From Ginkgo biloba (lineage: Eukaryota > Plantae > Ginkgophyta), in the NCBI GenBank assembly GCA_024626585.2, contig JANKJI020000004.1:78311675-78333404 (forward strand): a DNA stretch of 21,730 bases. The letters are read 5' to 3'. The translations under genes and the position numbers were made by a program. Under the pieces are notes generated by a model, which worked only from the letters and a program-made list of their open reading frames with translations, was not told where the DNA came from and searched no databases. Shown here piece by piece: positions 21,354 through 21,730 of this stretch; position 1 is the stretch's first letter; each line of letters begins with the position of its first letter.

Positions 21354-21730
21354 TCACCAGTGCAGGGGGTACAGGAACAGGATATGGTGGCTCAATAACG
21401 AAAGTGGATTCTATTGAAGAAAGAGCACATGCAAAGCATGACTAGACCTAGGCACACAAAGGGTTTAATGCAATATTATGAGGTTAGATTGGTAGAAGAG
21501 GAAGAATGGACATCGTCTACCAAAGGAGAATATGATCATGAGATGACACACTTGAGGAGTTCATTCCTTTAAACCTATTAGAGGGGGATGGTCCCATGTG
21601 TGGCTTTGTATAGTCATTAAATGCTAAGTTTACGAACACTAGGACGTCCAACTTCCATAAACCCAAGGAGGAATGGTCGTCCCTTCCCCCTATAGGGAAT
21701 GAAATTGCCATGGAAGAAGAGGTGAACACG

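Overview
Gappy draft-assembly window of a land-plant nuclear genome; the large TE-filled intron suggests a large genome such as a fern, lycophyte or gymnosperm, but that is only inference. The one clear host gene is the 3' part of a plant type-I D-3-phosphoglycerate dehydrogenase (PGDH/SerA) on the + strand. It has three exons (7079-7189, 7467-7562, 8303-8971) with GT-AG phase-0 introns. Its stop codon falls in an N gap and its N-terminal exon(s) are not visible. Most of the rest is decayed Ty3/gypsy retrotransposon DNA: gag and integrase on the - strand at 2.7-5.0 kb; a possible LTR/PBS, gag and PR-RT on the + strand at 11.8-17.3 kb; and decayed unidentified ORFs with hexapeptide repeats at both ends. 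There are also several local duplications and microsatellites. I found no convincing new biological system. The best leads are (i) an unidentified antisense ORF with a duplicated 52-codon module and a neighbouring CpG-rich patch upstream of the PGDH exons, (ii) a protein motif shared by decayed ORFs at both ends of the window, and (iii) an array of inverted CACYTACA pairs at 18.1-18.6 kb.
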